Source: Escherchia phage Stokescottia | Strand: one strand, 5' to 3' | DNA: 64,000 nt | Sequence record: OR896820.1 | Shown here: piece by piece, positions 1-10,624 of the stretch | How the letters are laid out: every line of letters starts with the position of its first letter | Position numbering within the stretch: the stretch's first letter is position 1 | Notes under the pieces: model-generated | What the model saw: only the letters and a program-made list of their open reading frames with translations | The model's database searches: none | What the model was told of the DNA's origin: nothing | Translations under genes and position numbers: made by a program

Positions 1-1317
1 ATGGAAGTATCAAGACCCTACGTTAACACAGTAGATGTTATTGATTTCGGAATAGACAAACGTTTCTTTCGTCTACCCGTTTCAGGAATACTAGCACAAG
101 AAGGTATTACACCTAATGGTCCTCAAATAGCAATTATCAATGCGCTAGAGGATCCTAGACATCGTTTTGTAACGGCGTGTGTGTCACGCCGTGTAGGTAA
201 ATCCTTCATCGCATACACACTTGGGTTCCTAAAATTGCTGGAACCTAATGTGAAGGTGTTAGTAGTTGCTCCTAACTACTCACTGGCCAACATCGGATGG
301 TCTCAGATTCGTGGTCTTATTAAAAAGTACGGTCTACAAACTGAACGTGAGAATGCTAAAGATAAAGAAATTGAGCTAGCTAATGGTTCTCTATTTAAAC
401 TAGCTTCTGCAGCTCAGGCTGACTCCGCAGTTGGACGTTCATATGACTTTATCATCTTTGATGAGGCTGCAATTTCTGATGTAGGTGGTGATGCTTTTAG
501 AGTTCAGTTGCGTCCTACCCTAGATAAACCTAATTCTAAGGCTCTATTTATCTCTACTCCTCGTGGAGGTAACTGGTTTAAAGAGTTTTACGCCTATGGA
601 TTTGATGATACGTTGCCTAACTGGGTATCTATTCATGGTACATATCGTGATAACCCACGTGCTGATCTGAATGACATCGAAGAAGCACGTCGTACAGTTA
701 GTAAAAACTACTTCCGTCAGGAATACGAGGCTGACTTCTCCGTATTCGAAGGTCAGATCTTTGATACCTTTAATGCTATTGATCATGTTAAAGATCTCAA
801 AGGTATGCGTCACTTCTTTAAAGATGATGAAGCATTTGAAACATTGCTTGGCATTGACGTGGGTTATCGTGATCCTACAGCAGTTCTTACTATCAAGTAT
901 CACTATGATACGGATACTTACTATGTTTTAGAAGAGTACCAGCAGGCGGAGAAAACCACAGCTCAGCATGCTGCTTACATTCAGCACTGTATAGATCGTT
1001 ATAAAGTTGATCGTGTTTTTGTTGACTCTGCCGCAGCTCAGTTCCGTCAGGACTTAGCCTATGAACATGAAATTGCATCAGCTCCAGCTAAAAAATCTGT
1101 CCTAGATGGTCTAGCATGTTTACAGGCGTTATTCCAGCAGGGTAAGATTATTGTAGATGCTTCATGTTCCTCATTAATCCATGCGCTACAGAACTATAAG
1201 TGGGATTTCCAAGAAGGTGAAGAAAAATTATCACGTGAAAAACCACGTCATGATGCTAACTCTCACCTCTGTGATGCTCTGCGCTATGGAATTTATTCTA
1301 TTTCCCGTGGTAAATAA
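1..1317 (+). CDS. terL: Terminase large subunit (complete, or 5'-truncated at the window edge)
   Basis: 438-aa ORF starting at base 1; Walker-A-like 'VSRRVGKSF'; first gene of the head module, followed by portal; length as recalled for T5 TerL. Confidence 0.8.
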   Translation: MEVSRPYVNTVDVIDFGIDKRFFRLPVSGILAQEGITPNGPQIAIINALEDPRHRFVTACVSRRVGKSFIAYTLGFLKLLEPNVKVLVVAPNYSLANIGWSQIRGLIKKYGLQTERENAKDKEIELANGSLFKLASAAQADSAVGRSYDFIIFDEAAISDVGGDAFRVQLRPTLDKPNSKALFISTPRGGNWFKEFYAYGFDDTLPNWVSIHGTYRDNPRADLNDIEEARRTVSKNYFRQEYEADFSVFEGQIFDTFNAIDHVKDLKGMRHFFKDDEAFETLLGIDVGYRDPTAVLTIKYHYDTDTYYVLEEYQQAEKTTAQHAAYIQHCIDRYKVDRVFVDSAAAQFRQDLAYEHEIASAPAKKSVLDGLACLQALFQQGKIIVDASCSSLIHALQNYKWDFQEGEEKLSREKPRHDANSHLCDALRYGIYSISRGK

Positions 1318-1431
1318 ATAAGTATAGGATGGGATACTACTCAGTTGGTATCCCATTCCTGCATTTTAAAATCCCCTTTACAAATTCGATACGATTATGT
1401 ATACTATATTCATACAGTTGAGGAGAACACT

Positions 1432-1869
1432 ATGGCAAGCAATGTAAAATATAAACGCGATGCTATATCCCTTATGAGAGACGGAATAAAAAGTCAATAT
1501 AAAAAAGACTCTCAATGTGCTATCTGCGGTTGTGCTGAAGAATTAGAGCTTCATCATTACCATACGGTGTCTCTACTAGTTAAAAAATTTGCTAAAGAAC
1601 TCCAATTGGATTTCACTGACGAAGAAATAGTCCTTTCAAATAGGACGGCATTCTATGATCGATATAGGCATGAGCTAGTAGAAGACACTGTTACCCTTTG
1701 TGTACACCATCACCAATTATTACATAAGGTTTACACAAAAGAACCTCCTTTATTTTCTGCTAATAAGCAAAAAGTGTGGGTTCAAAAGCAGAAAGACAAA
1801 TTACAGAATCCTCAAGAAAAGACACAAGTCAAGACTGAAACAAAATCAGGATTCGCAAGGTTCTTATAA
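1432..1869 (+). CDS. HNH-like zinc-finger protein between terminase and portal (start taken at MASNVKYK, which has a GAGGAG RBS)
   Basis: Cys/His motifs 'CAICGC...LHHYH' and 'LCVHHHQLLH'; the track ORF begins at 1345 on a start with no RBS. Confidence 0.4.
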   Translation: MASNVKYKRDAISLMRDGIKSQYKKDSQCAICGCAEELELHHYHTVSLLVKKFAKELQLDFTDEEIVLSNRTAFYDRYRHELVEDTVTLCVHHHQLLHKVYTKEPPLFSANKQKVWVQKQKDKLQNPQEKTQVKTETKSGFARFL

Positions 1870-3086
1870 TGGGTTTTAAAAGCTGGATTACTGAAAAGCT
1901 AAATCCGGGTCAACGTATTATAAGAGACATGGAACCAGTTAGTCATCGCACTAACCGTAAGCCTTTTACCACTGGACAAGCCTACAGTAAAATTGAGATC
2001 CTCAATAGAACTGCTAATATGGTTATAGATAGTGCGGCGGAGTGTTCTTATACTGTCGGAGATAAATATAATATTGTCACGTATGCTAATGGCATCAAGA
2101 CAAAGACTCTAGACACTCTCTTAAATGTACGACCTAATCCATTCATGGATATAAGCACATTCCGTAGACTTGTAGTCACTGACCTACTTTTTGAAGGTTG
2201 TGCATACATCTATTGGGATGGCACAGCACTTTATCATGTCCCTGCTGCACTTATGCAAGTAGAGGCAGATGCCAATAAGTTTATCAAAAAATTTATATTT
2301 AATAACCAGATAGACTATCGCGTAGATGAGATTATCTTTATAAAGGATAACAGTTACGTGTGTGGCACAAATTCTCAAATTTCTGGACAATCTCGTGTTG
2401 CTACTGTTATTGATTCTCTTGAGAAGCGTTCTAAGATGCTTAACTTTAAGGAGAAATTCCTCGATAACGGAACCGTGATTGGTCTTATTCTTGAGACGGA
2501 TGAAATCCTGAACAAGAAATTGCGTGAGCGTAAACAAGAAGAATTACAACTAGATTATAATCCTAGTACTGGTCAGTCCTCTGTCCTGATTCTAGATGGT
2601 GGTATGAAAGCTAAACCGTACTCCCAAATATCCTCTTTTAAAGATCTAGACTTTAAGGAAGACATTGAAGGATTTAATAAATCTATCTGTCTAGCCTTTG
2701 GTGTTCCGCAAGTACTGCTTGATGGTGGTAATAATGCGAACATTCGACCAAACATCGAATTGTTCTACTATATGACTATCATCCCTATGCTGAACAAGCT
2801 GACTAGTTCTCTTACTTTCTTTTTTGGTTATAAGATTACTCCTAATACTAAGGAAGTAGCTGCGTTAACACCAGACAAAGAAGCTGAGGCTAAACATTTA
2901 ACCTCATTGGTTAATAATGGTATTATGACTGGTAACGAAGCTCGTTTAGAGCTGAACCTTGAACCTTTAGATGATGAGCAGATGAATAAGATTCGTATTC
3001 CTGCTAACGTTGCTGGTTCTGCAACAGGTGTATCGGGTCAAGAAGGTGGTAGACCTCAAGGTTCCACCGAGGGAGATAAAGAATGA
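1869..3086 (+). CDS. Portal protein (pb7-like)
   Basis: 405 aa, immediately after the terminase region; length and position as in T5. Confidence 0.8.
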   Translation: MGFKSWITEKLNPGQRIIRDMEPVSHRTNRKPFTTGQAYSKIEILNRTANMVIDSAAECSYTVGDKYNIVTYANGIKTKTLDTLLNVRPNPFMDISTFRRLVVTDLLFEGCAYIYWDGTALYHVPAALMQVEADANKFIKKFIFNNQIDYRVDEIIFIKDNSYVCGTNSQISGQSRVATVIDSLEKRSKMLNFKEKFLDNGTVIGLILETDEILNKKLRERKQEELQLDYNPSTGQSSVLILDGGMKAKPYSQISSFKDLDFKEDIEGFNKSICLAFGVPQVLLDGGNNANIRPNIELFYYMTIIPMLNKLTSSLTFFFGYKITPNTKEVAALTPDKEAEAKHLTSLVNNGIMTGNEARLELNLEPLDDEQMNKIRIPANVAGSATGVSGQEGGRPQGSTEGDKE

Positions 3087-3574
3087 TTGATTATAATGGT
3101 CTAAAGACCATTTTTGGTGAAAAACTGCCAGAATCTCATATCTTCTTTGCTACGGTTGCTGCGCATAAATATGTTCCTAGCTATGCTTTTCTGCGTAGAG
3201 AACTAGGACTTTCATCTGCGCATACTAACCGTAAAGTATGGAAGAAATTTGTAGAGGCATATGGTAAAGCAGTTCCTCCTGCTCCGCCTGCTCCGCCCTT
3301 AACTCTTTCTAAAGATTTAGCTGCTAGCATGTCCGTTGAAGAGGGAGCAGCATTAACACTTTCTGTTACTGCAACCGGCGGCACTGGTCCTTATACTTAC
3401 GCATGGACTAAAGATGGTTCTCCTATTCCAGATGCTTCAGGAGCTACCTATACTAAGTCTGCAGCAGCTACTGATGATTCTGGGGTCTATAAAGTAACGG
3501 TTACTGATAGCAAGAAAGTTAGTAAACCTTCTACTGCATGCACAGTAACGGTTAATCCCGGTGTTGGAGGCTAA
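3083..3574 (+). CDS. Capsid decoration protein (pb10-like) with C-terminal Ig-like domain
   Basis: 163 aa; Pro/Ala linker 'PPAPPAPP' followed by an Ig-like segment ending 'TVTVNPG'; sits between portal and protease. Confidence 0.65.
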   Translation: MIDYNGLKTIFGEKLPESHIFFATVAAHKYVPSYAFLRRELGLSSAHTNRKVWKKFVEAYGKAVPPAPPAPPLTLSKDLAASMSVEEGAALTLSVTATGGTGPYTYAWTKDGSPIPDASGATYTKSAAATDDSGVYKVTVTDSKKVSKPSTACTVTVNPGVGG

Positions 3575-3577
3575 TAA

Positions 3578-4210
3578 ATGACACAAGCTGCTATTGACTA
3601 TAACAAGTTAAAATCAGCACCGGTTCATTTAGATGCTTATATTAAATCTATTGATAGCGAATCCAAAGAAGGTGTTGTAAAAATCCGTGGATTCGCTAAT
3701 ACAATTAGTAAAGATCGCGCTGGTGATGTAATCCCTGCTTCGGCATGGAAAACATCTAATGCACTTGCTAACTACATGAAAAACCCGATTATTCTTTTCG
3801 GACACGACCATCGTCGTCCAATCGGCAAGTGTATTGATCTTAACCCTACTGAAATGGGTCTCGAAATCGAATGCGAGATCTATGAAAGTTCTGATCCGGC
3901 TATCTTTTCACTAATTAAAAACGGTGTACTGAAAACTTTTAGTATCGGATTCCGCTGCCTAGACGCAGAGTGGGATGAAGCTACTGATATATTTATTATT
4001 AAAGATTTAGAACTATACGAAGTTTCGGTAGTTTCTGTACCCTGTAATCAGGACTCAACATTCAATCTCGCTAAGAGCATGAATGGTCATGATTATACTG
4101 AATGGCGTAAATCTTTTACTGCAATAAGTTCTAAAGCTGTCCCAGCTCAAGAACGTAATCTTTCTGAACTAGAAAAACTTGCGATAGCTTTAGGCTACGT
4201 TAAAGAATAA
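3578..4210 (+). CDS. Prohead maturation protease (pb11-like)
   Basis: 210 aa directly upstream of the major capsid gene. Confidence 0.7.
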   Translation: MTQAAIDYNKLKSAPVHLDAYIKSIDSESKEGVVKIRGFANTISKDRAGDVIPASAWKTSNALANYMKNPIILFGHDHRRPIGKCIDLNPTEMGLEIECEIYESSDPAIFSLIKNGVLKTFSIGFRCLDAEWDEATDIFIIKDLELYEVSVVSVPCNQDSTFNLAKSMNGHDYTEWRKSFTAISSKAVPAQERNLSELEKLAIALGYVKE

Positions 4211-4227
4211 CGGAGAATTATTTAAAA

Positions 4228-5604
4228 ATGACTATTGATATTAATAAGCTGAAAGAAGAACTTGGTCTGGGTGATCTGGCTAAATCTCTGGAAGGTCTGA
4301 CCGCTGCTCAGAAAGCTGCTGAAGCTGAACGTATGCGTAAAGAGCAGGAAGAAAAAGAACTGGCTCGTATGAATGATCTGGTTTCTAAAGCAGTTGGCGA
4401 AGATCGTCAGAAACTGGAAGAAGCTCTGACTCTGGTTAAGTCTCTGGATGAGAAATCTAAGAAGAGCGCAGAACTGTTTGCACAGACTGTAGAAAAACAG
4501 CAGGAAACTATTGTTGGTCTCCAGGATGAAATTAAATCTCTGCTGGCAGCTCGTGAAGGACGTTCCTTCGTCGGTGATAGCGTAGCTAAAGCGCTGTACG
4601 GTACTCAGGAAAACTTTGAAGATGAAGTTGAAAAACTGGTTCTGTTATCTTATGTAATGGAAAAAGGCGTATTCGAGACCGAGCACGGTCAGAGACACCT
4701 GAAAGCAGTGAATCAGTCTTCCTCTGTAGAAGTTTCTAGTGAAAGCTATGAAACTATTTTCTCTCAGCGTATTATCCGTGACCTGCAGAAGGAACTGGTA
4801 GTTGGTGCACTGTTCGAAGAACTGCCAATGTCTAGTAAGATTCTTACTATGTTGGTTGAACCGGATGCTGGTAAAGCTACTTGGGTTGCTGCTTCTACCT
4901 ATGGTACTGATACTACTACTGGTGAGGAAGTTAAAGGCGCTCTTAAAGAAATTCACTTCAGTACTTACAAACTGGCTGCTAAGTCCTTCATTACTGATGA
5001 AACTGAAGAAGATGCAATCTTCTCCCTGCTACCGCTGCTTCGTAAGCGCTTGATTGAAGCACACGCTGTTTCTATCGAAGAAGCTTTCATGACTGGTGAT
5101 GGTTCTGGTAAGCCTAAAGGTCTGCTGACTCTTGCTAGTGAAGACAGCGCTAAAGTTATTACCGAAGCTAAAGCTGATGGTTCTGTTCTGGTAACTGCTA
5201 AAACTATCTCTAAACTGCGTCGTAAACTGGGCCGTCATGGTCTGAAACTGAGCAAACTGGTACTGATCGTATCTATGGATGCTTACTACGATCTGCTGGA
5301 AGATGAAGAATGGCAGGATGTTGCACAGGTTGGTAACGATGCTGTTAAACTGCAGGGCCAGGTTGGTCGTATTTATGGTCTGCCGGTTGTAGTTTCTGAA
5401 TACTTCCCAGCTAAAGCTACCTCCGCAGAGTTCGCAGTTATTGTTTATAAAGATAACTTTGTAATGCCGCGCCAGCGTGCTGTTACTGTTGAACGTGAGC
5501 GCCAAGCTGGTAAACAGCGTGATGCGTACTACGTTACTCAGCGTGTTAACCTGCAACGTTACTTTAGTAATGGCGTTGTATCTGGTGCTTACGCTGCATC
5601 TTAA
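4228..5604 (+). CDS. Major capsid protein (pb8-like) with N-terminal coiled-coil scaffolding region
   Basis: 458 aa; charged coiled-coil N-terminus; strongly biased high-expression codon usage; followed by a hairpin terminator. Confidence 0.8.
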   Translation: MTIDINKLKEELGLGDLAKSLEGLTAAQKAAEAERMRKEQEEKELARMNDLVSKAVGEDRQKLEEALTLVKSLDEKSKKSAELFAQTVEKQQETIVGLQDEIKSLLAAREGRSFVGDSVAKALYGTQENFEDEVEKLVLLSYVMEKGVFETEHGQRHLKAVNQSSSVEVSSESYETIFSQRIIRDLQKELVVGALFEELPMSSKILTMLVEPDAGKATWVAASTYGTDTTTGEEVKGALKEIHFSTYKLAAKSFITDETEEDAIFSLLPLLRKRLIEAHAVSIEEAFMTGDGSGKPKGLLTLASEDSAKVITEAKADGSVLVTAKTISKLRRKLGRHGLKLSKLVLIVSMDAYYDLLEDEEWQDVAQVGNDAVKLQGQVGRIYGLPVVVSEYFPAKATSAEFAVIVYKDNFVMPRQRAVTVERERQAGKQRDAYYVTQRVNLQRYFSNGVVSGAYAAS

Positions 5605-5624
5605 TACAGGCTTTTCAGCCGATA

Positions 5625-5650
5625 AGGAGAGCTTCGGCTCTCCTTTTTTA
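5625..5650 (+). terminator. Rho-independent terminator after the major capsid gene
   Basis: Hairpin AGGAGAGC-TTCG-GCTCTCCT followed by a T-run. Confidence 0.75.
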
Positions 5651-5663
5651 TTGGGAAAAATAA

Positions 5664-6176
5664 ATGCAAATCATCACAGCCGAAGATTATAGATTATACG
5701 GTAGTTTAAAACGACCTGAATTAGAGTCTGGTGTAGAAATGATGATTACTGCTGCCAATGCGCTGATTACGAGCCTTCTAGGCATGGATGATGCTGATGC
5801 GGTAGACCAGTTAATCAATACAAAACCTACACGTAGGAAATATTTTCTGAGCTCACCATCTGCTACCTCCGTAACTAAAGTGACGATTAACGATAATGAG
5901 ATTGACCCAGAGCAGTATAAACTATACTCTGACGGTATTATCCTTCTCAAATTTAATCCTCCAGAAGGTTATATGGACGTAGCGTATACACAAGGTGGAT
6001 TCAATCCAATGCCTGAAGATCTTAAGCTAGCAGCATGTATGCTAGTAGATCATTGGCATAAACAAGATTACCGCCAAGCTAAAACAATTGGTGGTGAAAC
6101 AGTAACCTTCAATAATACTAAATCTGGTATTCCAGAGCATATTCGTACTATTATTGAAGTATATAGGAGAGTATAA
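5664..6176 (+). CDS. Head completion / adaptor protein (p144-like)
   Basis: 170 aa; position between capsid and tail tube genes. Confidence 0.45.
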   Translation: MQIITAEDYRLYGSLKRPELESGVEMMITAANALITSLLGMDDADAVDQLINTKPTRRKYFLSSPSATSVTKVTINDNEIDPEQYKLYSDGIILLKFNPPEGYMDVAYTQGGFNPMPEDLKLAACMLVDHWHKQDYRQAKTIGGETVTFNNTKSGIPEHIRTIIEVYRRV

Positions 6177-6943
6177 TGTCTCTTTCCGATCTAGCTAAAC
6201 AAATTATTAAAGAGCAGCTAGATACTGCAGGACGATCTGAAAATAATAAGAATACTGTTGTGTACTCTGTTGAAACAGGGTTAAAAGATCCTACTAGAGA
6301 TGGTACTGTTGCTCAAGTATCCTTTAAGTTTTCAAAACCCGTATCACAAGATCTTCTTGATGTTAGAACAGCCTCTATACTAAAAGCTGTATCCTCTAGT
6401 TTAGATCTTTCGGGAGATTTAGGTGCTCTAGAAAATCTTATACAGGCAACCGCAGGTAAAAAATCTGCTGTAGGTAAAAAACGTTCTACAGGCAGAGTAG
6501 AGGTAAACTTTGGAGATCCTAAAGACGTAGAGGATGGATACTCAGGTGCAATAACAGGTGCTTCCGGACGTTTCGTGTCTAATAGCAATATGAAGGTTAT
6601 ATTAGAGATAGTTGCTAAAGAATACTTAATAAAGGATATGAAAAAGACAGGAGCGCCATTAAAATTTAGAACCGGTCGCTTTGCAAATTCTCTAAAAATT
6701 AAAGATGTTATGCTTAGAGACGCAGAGACTAGTAAAGGTTCTCCTGAATTGAACGTAACATATAATTATATGACTCGTCCATATTCTGTATTCAACCCTG
6801 CAGTATCCACCTACAGGAGACTATCTCTACGACCTTATCCTGGTGCTAGAAACCCCCAAAAACTTATTGGTGAGGCTATAGCAAAAGCTGCAAGAGACCT
6901 GATTCACTCCAGATATAAAATTAAGGTTAATCAAGGAACCTAA
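6176..6943 (+). CDS. Head-tail joining protein (p143-like)
   Basis: 255 aa; synteny only. Confidence 0.4.
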   Translation: MSLSDLAKQIIKEQLDTAGRSENNKNTVVYSVETGLKDPTRDGTVAQVSFKFSKPVSQDLLDVRTASILKAVSSSLDLSGDLGALENLIQATAGKKSAVGKKRSTGRVEVNFGDPKDVEDGYSGAITGASGRFVSNSNMKVILEIVAKEYLIKDMKKTGAPLKFRTGRFANSLKIKDVMLRDAETSKGSPELNVTYNYMTRPYSVFNPAVSTYRRLSLRPYPGARNPQKLIGEAIAKAARDLIHSRYKIKVNQGT

Positions 6944-6946
6944 TAA

Positions 6947-7432
6947 ATGGACCATAGAACAAGTATTGCACAAGCTATGGTTGACCGAATCTCTAAACAA
7001 ATGGATGGTTCTCAACCTGACGAATATTTTAATAACCTATACGGAAACGTTTCTCGTCAAACTTATAAATTTGAGGAAATACGAGAGTTTCCTTATGTGG
7101 CAGTTCATATCGGAACTGAAACTGGGCAGTATCTTCCTTCGGGCCAACAGTGGATGTTTTTAGAACTTCCAATCCTGGTGTACGATAAAGAGAAAACAGA
7201 CATTCAAGAGCAACTTGAAAAACTCGTAGCGGATATAAAAACCGTTATTGACACAGGTGGAAATTTAGAATATACTGTTAGTAAACCTAATGGATCGACC
7301 TTCCCATGTGAGGCAACTGATATGATCATTACATCAGTTAGTACAGATGAGGGTCTACTGGCCCCATATGGTTTAGCAGAAATAAATGTAACAGTGAGGT
7401 ATCAGCCTCCACGTAGGTCACTTCGCAGATAA
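6947..7432 (+). CDS. Tail terminator protein (p142-like)
   Basis: 161 aa immediately upstream of the tail tube gene. Confidence 0.4.
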   Translation: MDHRTSIAQAMVDRISKQMDGSQPDEYFNNLYGNVSRQTYKFEEIREFPYVAVHIGTETGQYLPSGQQWMFLELPILVYDKEKTDIQEQLEKLVADIKTVIDTGGNLEYTVSKPNGSTFPCEATDMIITSVSTDEGLLAPYGLAEINVTVRYQPPRRSLRR

Positions 7433-7458
7433 GTTACAGATTAGGAGAAAATAATTAA

Positions 7459-8853
7459 ATGTCTTTACAACTATTACGTAATACTCGAATCTTCGTGTCT
7501 ACGGTTAAGACTGGTCATGATAAGACCAACACGCAAGAGATTCTAGTTCAGGATGATATTTCTTGGGGTCAGGACAGTAACTCAACAGATATTACTGTTA
7601 ATGAAGCTGGTCCGCGTCCAACTCGTGGTTCTAAACGTTTTAATGACTCTTTAAACGCGGCTGAGTGGAGTTTCTCTACTTATATCCTGCCGTATAAAGA
7701 TAAAACTACTAGCAAACAAATTGTTCCTGACTATATGTTATGGCATGCACTTTCTAGTGGTAAAGCTATTAACTTAGAAGGTAATACAGGGGCACACAAT
7801 AACGAAGCTAACTTTATGGTTAACTTCAAAGATAACTCCTATCATGAGTTGGCAATGTTACATATTTATATTCTGACTGATAAAGCATGGAGTTATATCG
7901 ATTCCTGTCAGATTAATCAGGCAGAAATTAACGTTGATATCGAAGATATTGGCCGTGTAACTTGGTCTGGTAATGGTAATCAGCTTATTCCTCTGGATGA
8001 GCAACCATTTGACCCAGATGTAGTAGGTATTGATGATGAAACTTATATGACTATCCAGAGTTCTTATATTAAGAACAAACTTACTATCCTGAAAATTAAG
8101 GATATGGATTCTGGTAAAGCATATGATATTCCTATTACTGGTGGTACTTTCACTATTAATAACAACATCACGTACCTAACCCCGAATATTATGTCTCGTG
8201 TTAATATTCCAATTGGTTCCTTTACTGGTGCTTTTGAATTAACTGGTTCATTAACTGCTTATCTGAATGATAAATCTCTTGGTTCTATGGATCTGTATAA
8301 AGATCTTATCAAAACTCTGAAGGTAGTTAACCGCTTCGAAATTGCTCTAGTACTTGGTGGTGAATACGATGAAGAACGTCCTGCGGCTATTCTGGTAGCT
8401 AAACAAGCACACGTTAATATTCCTACTATTGAAACTGATGATGTACTTGGTACTTCAGTAGAGTTTAAAGCTATTCCATCTGATCTGGATGCTGGTGATG
8501 AAGGTTACTTAGGCTTCTCTAGTAAATATACCAAAACAACTATTAATAACTTGATTGTTAATGGTGATGGTGCTACTAATGCTGTAACCGCAATTACTGT
8601 TAAATCTGCTGGTGATGCTACTACAGTAAACAACTCGGCTACTCTTCAAATGAGTGTTGAAGTTACTCCTTCTTCCGCAAAGAATAAGGAAGTTACTTGG
8701 GCTATCACTGCCGGTGATGCAGCTACTATCAGTGCAACTGGACTGTTAACAGCACATGCTAGTAAAACTGGTGCAGTTACTGTAGAAGCTACTGCTAAAG
8801 ATGGTTCTGGAGTTAAAGGTACTAAACAGATTACTGTAACAACAGGTGGCTAA
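7459..8853 (+). CDS. Tail tube protein (pb6-like) with C-terminal Ig-like (Big_2-type) domain
   Basis: 464 aa; C-terminal Ig-like segment '...TVEATAKDGSGVKGTKQITVTTGG'. Confidence 0.75.
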   Translation: MSLQLLRNTRIFVSTVKTGHDKTNTQEILVQDDISWGQDSNSTDITVNEAGPRPTRGSKRFNDSLNAAEWSFSTYILPYKDKTTSKQIVPDYMLWHALSSGKAINLEGNTGAHNNEANFMVNFKDNSYHELAMLHIYILTDKAWSYIDSCQINQAEINVDIEDIGRVTWSGNGNQLIPLDEQPFDPDVVGIDDETYMTIQSSYIKNKLTILKIKDMDSGKAYDIPITGGTFTINNNITYLTPNIMSRVNIPIGSFTGAFELTGSLTAYLNDKSLGSMDLYKDLIKTLKVVNRFEIALVLGGEYDEERPAAILVAKQAHVNIPTIETDDVLGTSVEFKAIPSDLDAGDEGYLGFSSKYTKTTINNLIVNGDGATNAVTAITVKSAGDATTVNNSATLQMSVEVTPSSAKNKEVTWAITAGDAATISATGLLTAHASKTGAVTVEATAKDGSGVKGTKQITVTTGG

Positions 8854-8857
8854 TTAA

Positions 8858-9757
8858 ATGTACTACTCTCTAATGAGAGAGTCAAAAGTTATAGTTGAGT
8901 ATGATGGTAGGGCATTTCATTTTGATGCCCTATCAAACTATGATATACAGACTTCCTACGAGGAATTCAAGACTCTTCGTAGGACTGTTCATCGTAGAAC
9001 TAACTATGCAGACTCTATTATAAATGCTCAAACTCCCTCTTCTATCTCTCTAGCAGTAAATTTCAGCAATACTCTTACGGAGGCTAACTTCTTTGAATGG
9101 TTAGGTTTTGATAGAAAAGGTAATACTTTCTTACTCCCACTATATAGTAATAATATTGAACCTATTATGTTCAATATCTATATAGTAAATAAAGATAATA
9201 ACTGTGTATATTTTGAAAACTGCTATGTATCTACGGTAGATTTTTCTTTAGATAAGAATATACCAATTCTTAATGTTGGTATTGAATCGGGGAAATTTTC
9301 CGAAGTATCTACGTATAGAGAAGCAGCTTCTATTATACAGGGTGAAGTAATGTCTTATAGCCCAGTAGTAGCTTCTACTAATGGTAGCATCTTACCTGGT
9401 CTTATTTCTGCCTCTTTATCTTTCCAGCAGCAGTGCTCCTGGAGAGAGGATAAGAGTGTTTTTGATATAAATAAAATTTATAATAATAAAAGAGCCTATG
9501 TAACTGAAATGAATGCTTCGGCAACCCTTTCCCTGTATTACTTAAAACGTTTTGCAGGAGATATGGTTTATAATATAGAACCGGAGACAGATGTACCTTT
9601 AACGATAAGAAATAATAATATTTCTATAGATTTTCCTTCAGCACGTATTACAAAACGCCTAGAGTTCTCAGATGTGTATAGAGTTGAGTGGGATATTATA
9701 CCTACTGCTTCTTCAGACCCAGTGAGAATAGATTTCTTTGGAGAAATTAAAAAATGA
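8858..9757 (+). CDS. Minor tail protein (p140-like)
   Basis: 299 aa; synteny between tail tube and chaperone genes. Confidence 0.4.
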   Translation: MYYSLMRESKVIVEYDGRAFHFDALSNYDIQTSYEEFKTLRRTVHRRTNYADSIINAQTPSSISLAVNFSNTLTEANFFEWLGFDRKGNTFLLPLYSNNIEPIMFNIYIVNKDNNCVYFENCYVSTVDFSLDKNIPILNVGIESGKFSEVSTYREAASIIQGEVMSYSPVVASTNGSILPGLISASLSFQQQCSWREDKSVFDINKIYNNKRAYVTEMNASATLSLYYLKRFAGDMVYNIEPETDVPLTIRNNNISIDFPSARITKRLEFSDVYRVEWDIIPTASSDPVRIDFFGEIKK

Positions 9758-10158
9758 TTAATTTAAAAGATATTACTCTTGATACTCGTACTATTACTCT
9801 TTCCTACCCAGGTATGCCGAACTTTAAACTAGAACTTAACTATATGTCTCGTGCTACCTCTAAACGTGTTATTTCTTCTGCTAAACGCGATGAATGGGTT
9901 AACGGTACTTTGGTTCAGGTACAGGATGATGATAAATTCATTGAAGCCTTCGTTGATGCTGCGATTAAAGGTTGGACTGGTTTGACTGTAGGTGACGTTG
10001 AAAAACTGATGCTGATTGAAACAGATGCTGATCCTGAGACTGAAGTTCCTTTTAGTCGCGATAATGCTGTAATGCTTATGCAGAACTCTGCTGCGTTTGA
10101 TTCTTGGATCAACCAGACAGTGTTCCACTTAGACACTTTTCGTAGCCCAAAAGCGTAA
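9754..10158 (+). CDS. Tail assembly chaperone (G-like)
   Basis: 134 aa directly upstream of the tape measure region; GGAGA RBS. Confidence 0.45.
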   Translation: MINLKDITLDTRTITLSYPGMPNFKLELNYMSRATSKRVISSAKRDEWVNGTLVQVQDDDKFIEAFVDAAIKGWTGLTVGDVEKLMLIETDADPETEVPFSRDNAVMLMQNSAAFDSWINQTVFHLDTFRSPKA

Positions 10159-10219
10159 AGAACTTCTAGATGCTGTTGCTGATTTTGCAGATAAATGTAT
10201 TAAAAGCTCAGCATCTAAA

Positions 10220-10588
10220 ATGACCAAACAACAATATTTAATACTTTGTGAGTCAATGGGTATAGAGCCGGATCCTAAGGCTATGCCCGTTGAACTTGAG
10301 GATTTTCCACCTATTGTAGCTATTAGTATGAATATTTATAACAGTCTAATTGACTGTTTCATACCGGGTGACTTTCCTATTTTTATAGGTAAGGATAAGG
10401 CTGCATTAGGTGTTTTATTTGATATTTACGGGATTACTGATCCTATAGAAAAAGAATTTGTTCTACACATTATCAATATATTTGATGCTAAAGCTGTAGA
10501 TGCTGCACGTAAACGTGCTGAGAAGCATAAACCGCAAAACGGGAGGATTCCTAACGTTAAGCCACATGCTAGATCTCGTGCACGGTAA
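10220..10588 (+). CDS. Tail assembly chaperone, downstream ORF in the +1 frame (possible frameshift extension)
   Basis: 122 aa; no Shine-Dalgarno before the ATG; its reading frame stays open back into the 3' end of the preceding ORF. Confidence 0.4.
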   Translation: MTKQQYLILCESMGIEPDPKAMPVELEDFPPIVAISMNIYNSLIDCFIPGDFPIFIGKDKAALGVLFDIYGITDPIEKEFVLHIINIFDAKAVDAARKRAEKHKPQNGRIPNVKPHARSRAR

Positions 10589-10624
10589 AAGTTTCCTCCA
10601 ATGGGCGTTCCACGATGAGGCTTG

